Virus record (IMG/VR): IMGVR_UViG_3300011435_000027
Coordinates: 1 to 39,593 of that record
Length of the DNA stretch: 39,593 nt
Direction: 5' to 3' (one strand)
From: a virus
Lineage: Duplodnaviria; Caudoviricetes
Shown: positions 35,541 through 39,593 of the stretch, in pieces
How the letters are laid out: each line of letters begins with the position of its first letter
Position numbering within the stretch: position 1 is the first letter of the stretch
Program-made: the position numbers and the translations under genes
The notes under the pieces: generated by a model
Databases searched by the model: none
Seen by the model: only the letters and a program-made list of their open reading frames with translations
Told to the model about the DNA's origin: nothing

Positions 35541-36464
35541 ATGTGGGTAGCAGTAGGGACGATAGCAGCGGCGGCAATAGGCGCGGGCGCTTCATATATG
35601 GCCTCAGAGAATTCAGCAGACGCAGCGGGAGCAGCAGCCGACCAGCAGGCGCAATCAAGCGCAGCGGCATTAGGTTTGCAGCGGGACCAGTTCAACTACC
35701 AAAAATCACTGAACGAACCATTTTACAAAGGTTCAATGCCTGCCTATTACCAGCTATTGAGCGCCGTAACCGGACAGCCGCAGTCTTACGTTGACCCGAG
35801 CGCACCAGGGGCTAAGACTCTGACAGATCAGGAAATCAGGAACGCGAACATCGCTGCTATTCAAAAACAGTTCCCTGACTGGACTGATACACAGATTGCA
35901 ATAGGTTTGAAACATCCTGAAAACCTGCCGTACCAATACGGGACAGACTATTACAGAGATGCAAGCGGAAACATAACCACTCAAGCCCCCGCAAGCGCCA
36001 TGAAGTCAACCGGAGTATGGCAACCAACTGAAACACCCGCTTACGCATGGCAACAGCAACAGGCCAACAAGAACAACAGCAGGACTTTAAGGGCATTGGG
36101 CAGAGAAAACAGCTCTTACGGCATGGGCGAACAATTCAAGACTCAGCAGAATCTTGCCGCTAATGAATACGATAAACAGTTATCGCGTTTATCCGACCTC
36201 ACCAACGTAGCAAGGGGCGGAGCATCGACCTTGACCCAAGGCGGAAACGCTTATTCAACCGGCGCGGCTAATAACCTTATTAACAGCGGAAATAACCAAG
36301 CAAATGCGACTCTTGCAGGCGGGATGATGCAACAGAACAACCTATACAACGCAATCGGCACCGGCATGGGCGTATTAAATACCGGCCTGAAAGCATACAA
36401 CGCCGGAAGTTGGGCGCAACCATCCACATATAACGCTAACAAGCCAGACGATGAGTTCACCTAG
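35541..36464 (+). CDS. DNA ejection protein (P22 gp7-like)
   Basis: Hydrophobic Ala/Gly N-terminus; LQRDQF..NEPFY; Gln/Asn/Ala-rich; GNNQANATL. Confidence 0.72.
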   Translation: MWVAVGTIAAAAIGAGASYMASENSADAAGAAADQQAQSSAAALGLQRDQFNYQKSLNEPFYKGSMPAYYQLLSAVTGQPQSYVDPSAPGAKTLTDQEIRNANIAAIQKQFPDWTDTQIAIGLKHPENLPYQYGTDYYRDASGNITTQAPASAMKSTGVWQPTETPAYAWQQQQANKNNSRTLRALGRENSSYGMGEQFKTQQNLAANEYDKQLSRLSDLTNVARGGASTLTQGGNAYSTGAANNLINSGNNQANATLAGGMMQQNNLYNAIGTGMGVLNTGLKAYNAGSWAQPSTYNANKPDDEFT

Positions 36465-36472
36465 GGGGCATT

Positions 36473-37735
36473 ATGGCAGACGTTGACTACATGAAATATG
36501 CCGCTTACATGGGCGCACGTAACCCGATAGCTACGGGCTTGAATGACTTGGGCGATACGATTGACCAAGACCGTAGAGTTAGAATTGCCGAGCAGGAAGG
36601 GCAGCGCCGGAACTCGCTGGCTGACTTGCAGATTCAGAACGCACAAGCGACAGCCGCAGATACGGCGGCACATCAGGGGGCGTTGAAAAGTGTATATGGC
36701 GCACCTGATATGCAGACCGCCTATTCCATGCAGATGCAAGCAGAACAGCAGCAGAAAGCAATGGAAGCCGAGCAGAAGGGATTTACCAACTATCTTAACA
36801 CCGTAACCGCACTGGACAATGTGAAGGGTATCGACGCTGACACAAAGACCCTTATTGCAAAAGAGTTTTTACGACAGAATCCGAAGTATGCCCCGATTGC
36901 CGATGTATTGACCTATGTTGACTCCAAAGGCATTAAAGCCGCCCGTATGTATAAGGATGGCGAACTCAAAGACCCTGTGAATGGTCAACCTTTACCGGCA
37001 GGCTACTATGAAACCGAAGGAACGTGGACGGGCGATATTACTAACCCTGTCAAGTTGACCAGTTATAAACTAGGTGCAGACCCGACAGCAAAGAAAGCGG
37101 AATACAAAACCCGCAGTTATGATAAGGGCAATCAGCACATAACGGAAGAGTCACAGGACGGCGGCATGACTTGGAAACCTGTAGCCACAGCGCCAAGATA
37201 CAAGCCGCAATCAGGAGGGGCAGGCAGACCTGAAAGGGACTTGCCTTCCGGTATTCAGGATAAGATTTCTACAAAGCTCGAAATTTATAACGACTGGTCA
37301 ACACTGAAAAACAATTTCAAACCTGAGTTTATGCCTTCAACTCCGGTTAAAAGCATCAATGAGATGCAGATTAACCTTAACAAGATATTCGGCAAGAATC
37401 AAGCCGCAGTTGATTGGTGGACTCAATACTTTGACGCACGAAACATCATCTTGAAAGAGCGTTCAGGCGCAGCGGTAATGGAACCGGAGTTCAGGCGATT
37501 TGAACAGGGTACTATTGCGGCTAACACAAACCCGACCACAGTTATAAACTATCTTGACCGCAGCGAAAAGAAATACAAGCAGCACGTTGATTCCTACCTT
37601 GAAGCCAACAGGAAGAACCACCCTGAGTCCGTCAAGGCTTTTGAGAATGCCTTTGGGTACCAAGGCAAATCATCACCGGCAACAACAGGCAAAGCACCAA
37701 AAACGGCAAGCGATTACCTCAACAAGTTCAAATAG
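36473..37735 (+). CDS. Probable ejection/internal virion protein (gp20 position)
   Basis: Gln/Ala-rich helical N-terminus; RSGAAV..E; gene position. Confidence 0.6.
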   Translation: MADVDYMKYAAYMGARNPIATGLNDLGDTIDQDRRVRIAEQEGQRRNSLADLQIQNAQATAADTAAHQGALKSVYGAPDMQTAYSMQMQAEQQQKAMEAEQKGFTNYLNTVTALDNVKGIDADTKTLIAKEFLRQNPKYAPIADVLTYVDSKGIKAARMYKDGELKDPVNGQPLPAGYYETEGTWTGDITNPVKLTSYKLGADPTAKKAEYKTRSYDKGNQHITEESQDGGMTWKPVATAPRYKPQSGGAGRPERDLPSGIQDKISTKLEIYNDWSTLKNNFKPEFMPSTPVKSINEMQINLNKIFGKNQAAVDWWTQYFDARNIILKERSGAAVMEPEFRRFEQGTIAANTNPTTVINYLDRSEKKYKQHVDSYLEANRKNHPESVKAFENAFGYQGKSSPATTGKAPKTASDYLNKFK

Positions 37736-37743
37736 GGGATACC

Positions 37744-39593
37744 ATGCCAACCGTACAAGAAGTATGGAAAGACCCTGACTTTTTACGATTGCCGCCACCT
37801 GAGAAAACAAAGGTGATGCAGGCTATCGATACTGACTTTGCCTCGTTACCTTCTGTTGAGCAGAACAAGGTGATAATGCAGCTAGGTAGGCAGGGTAGAC
37901 CGGCAGAGGCTTCAAGACCCCCTACCATTCCACAACAGCAAGCTATTGACGAAATGGGGGCAGGAAAAAAGCTACTTACCGGAATAGGCGCAGGTATGTA
38001 TGACGCTTATAAAGGTGTCCAGCAAGCAGGGGCAACGCTTGGCAATAAGGTCGGTTTGGTGGATGATTCCACCGTTCAACGGATTACTCAAGAAGGAGAG
38101 GATGCAAGGCGGGATTTTGCGCCTCTTAAACAGCAGAGTAAAGCGGCATCAGCGGGTAACTTCATCGGAAAGACTGTACCTTACTTGACCGTGCCGGGGG
38201 GAGTGGCAGGGGGCGCAATATCTCGCGCTGGTACTTCTGCCCTTGCCGGTGGCTTGATGGGCGCAACAGAGTTTGTACCCGAAGGGGAAAGCCGACTAGC
38301 CAATACAGGATTAGGGGCTTTATCCGGCGGGGTAGCATCGGCGGGACTGTCAGGGCTTGGCAAGCTTTACAACACATTTGCCACGGATGCAACAAAAGCC
38401 CTGCCAACCCAACAACTAGCCGACAAGTTTAATATACCAGTAACGCTTTCAGAGGCTAAAGGGCAGGGGAGCAAACTAGACACCCTTATGGAGCGAGTAC
38501 CTTCTATATTGGGTATCAGAGGATTCAGGGAGAAACAGGCCGCAGCAGCAAAAGACGCGGCAACAACACATTTCAGCAAATACGTCACCGACCCGAATCA
38601 ATCTACAACCGCCGCCATGAAAGATGTCAACGACAAATACATTGATAGCCTTTACCAGAAGGTTAAGCAATCCACGCAATCATTACCATCAGGGGCAGCG
38701 CCAGAAGTAAAGAAAGCTGCAACTGAATTACTTGACCGATACCCGACCATTTTTGAATCAATACAAGACACCAAGCTGAAAGGCATACTTAAAAATATCA
38801 TTGAGGATACATCTACAAAAAATAAAACTATAGATGTCATGGACGAGTTAGGAAACCACAGGACTATCGCCGGTACATCAGGAGGCCACGCCAAACCACT
38901 AGCAGTAACCGTGCTTGATGCTTCCGGCAAGCCGATAATGAAACAGGTACAGGCCAAGGTATCCTTTGACGATCTATGGACACTCAGAAAGGCTATTGGG
39001 GCTGCTAAGGGTACAGCAGTCAAGCAGGGCAATGATGAAGCGGCAAGCCAATTCAGCCGTATTTACGCCTCTGTGAGCAACGACATGGATAATATGCTCA
39101 AGCAGGCTGGTGGCCCTGCTATAAACGAGTTCAAAGCGGCGAATGAAGCGTTCAAACAGTACAGCCTTAAATTCGATGTAATGCGAGAGGCATACGATAA
39201 GGCAATGGGGACAATCGGAGCAGGAACAGCGGGGTTCTTCTCCCCTCAAAAGTACGGCACCGCCTTAAAGAACCTAGCCAACGACCCGAAGAACAAACCA
39301 AACATAAAATGGTCACCCGGCGAAATTGACGAAATGACCGGCCTCGCCAATATTCTGCAAGTCACCAAGAGAGCAGGGCAGTATCTGGAAAACCCCCCTA
39401 CCGGAAACAGATGGGGGGAGATAGTCACAGGTGGAACAGTAGGAACGGGGGCATACGCAGCAGGGGGACTGGCTGCAACAGCAAAGACAGCAGGCGGAGC
39501 AGCCGCAGCCGCTTTAGTTACCAAATTCATCACCACAACACCGCTAGGCAAACGCCTTGCTCTTTCAGCATCCAAACTCAGCCCAACAGGGCA
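37744..39593 (+). CDS. Probable large ejection protein (gp16 position), ~648 aa if joined to 1..110
   Basis: ATG 37744 with RBS AGGGG; open to the window end, so absent from the ORF track; Gly/Ala-rich hydrophobic stretches. Confidence 0.72.
   Translation, partial: MPTVQEVWKDPDFLRLPPPEKTKVMQAIDTDFASLPSVEQNKVIMQLGRQGRPAEASRPPTIPQQQAIDEMGAGKKLLTGIGAGMYDAYKGVQQAGATLGNKVGLVDDSTVQRITQEGEDARRDFAPLKQQSKAASAGNFIGKTVPYLTVPGGVAGGAISRAGTSALAGGLMGATEFVPEGESRLANTGLGALSGGVASAGLSGLGKLYNTFATDATKALPTQQLADKFNIPVTLSEAKGQGSKLDTLMERVPSILGIRGFREKQAAAAKDAATTHFSKYVTDPNQSTTAAMKDVNDKYIDSLYQKVKQSTQSLPSGAAPEVKKAATELLDRYPTIFESIQDTKLKGILKNIIEDTSTKNKTIDVMDELGNHRTIAGTSGGHAKPLAVTVLDASGKPIMKQVQAKVSFDDLWTLRKAIGAAKGTAVKQGNDEAASQFSRIYASVSNDMDNMLKQAGGPAINEFKAANEAFKQYSLKFDVMREAYDKAMGTIGAGTAGFFSPQKYGTALKNLANDPKNKPNIKWSPGEIDEMTGLANILQVTKRAGQYLENPPTGNRWGEIVTGGTVGTGAYAAGGLAATAKTAGGAAAAALVTKFITTTPLGKRLALSASKLSPTG
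39581..39593. repeat. Terminal overlap GCCCAACAGGGCA identical to 1..13
   Basis: Direct comparison of window ends; consistent with a circular assembly overlap. Confidence 0.9.

Larger units (their letters stand above)
1..39593 (+). mobile_element. Complete or near-complete circularly permuted podovirus-type phage genome
   Basis: Full set of terminase, portal, scaffold, capsid, nozzle, ejection, tailspike, lysis and replication genes; no tape measure, sheath or host genes; 13-nt terminal identity with an ORF reading through the junction. Confidence 0.92.

Noticed and set aside
1-39593. tRNA/rRNA genes and a specific host assignment
   Set aside because: No cloverleaf or rRNA-like sequence seen by eye; the lipoprotein and Fe-S enzymes suggest only a diderm, probably anaerobic, host

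Overview
The window looks like a complete, circularly permuted ~39.6 kb genome of a podovirus-type tailed phage. The last 13 nt equal the first 13 nt, and the final ORF reads through that junction in frame. All credible genes are on the + strand. Gene order: tailspike and fibre genes (107-5838); lysis region (5997-7724); early genes for DNA modification, recombination and replication (8024-20451: radical SAM, HNH, three methyltransferases, HTH, 3'-5' exonuclease, ERF, NinB, SNF2-like helicase, RuvC-like resolvase, initiator with iterons); a repeat-structured variable region (20506-23891); and packaging and virion genes (terminases, P22-like portal, scaffold, N4-gp56-like capsid, adaptor, gp10-like nozzle, three probable ejection proteins). 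I see no integrase or divergent repressor. Most unusual: (1) four virion-module proteins, including a tailspike with a virion-anchor-like domain, begin with classical Sec signal peptides; (2) a COG1964/MJ0619-like radical SAM gene sits directly before the ejection proteins; (3) several Lys/Gly/Cys-rich and Cys-rich micro-ORFs surround the lysis genes; (4) a tandem array has conserved linkers and swapped cargo genes; (5) there are candidate structured RNAs. All family assignments come from motif recognition by eye and gene order, not from database searches.
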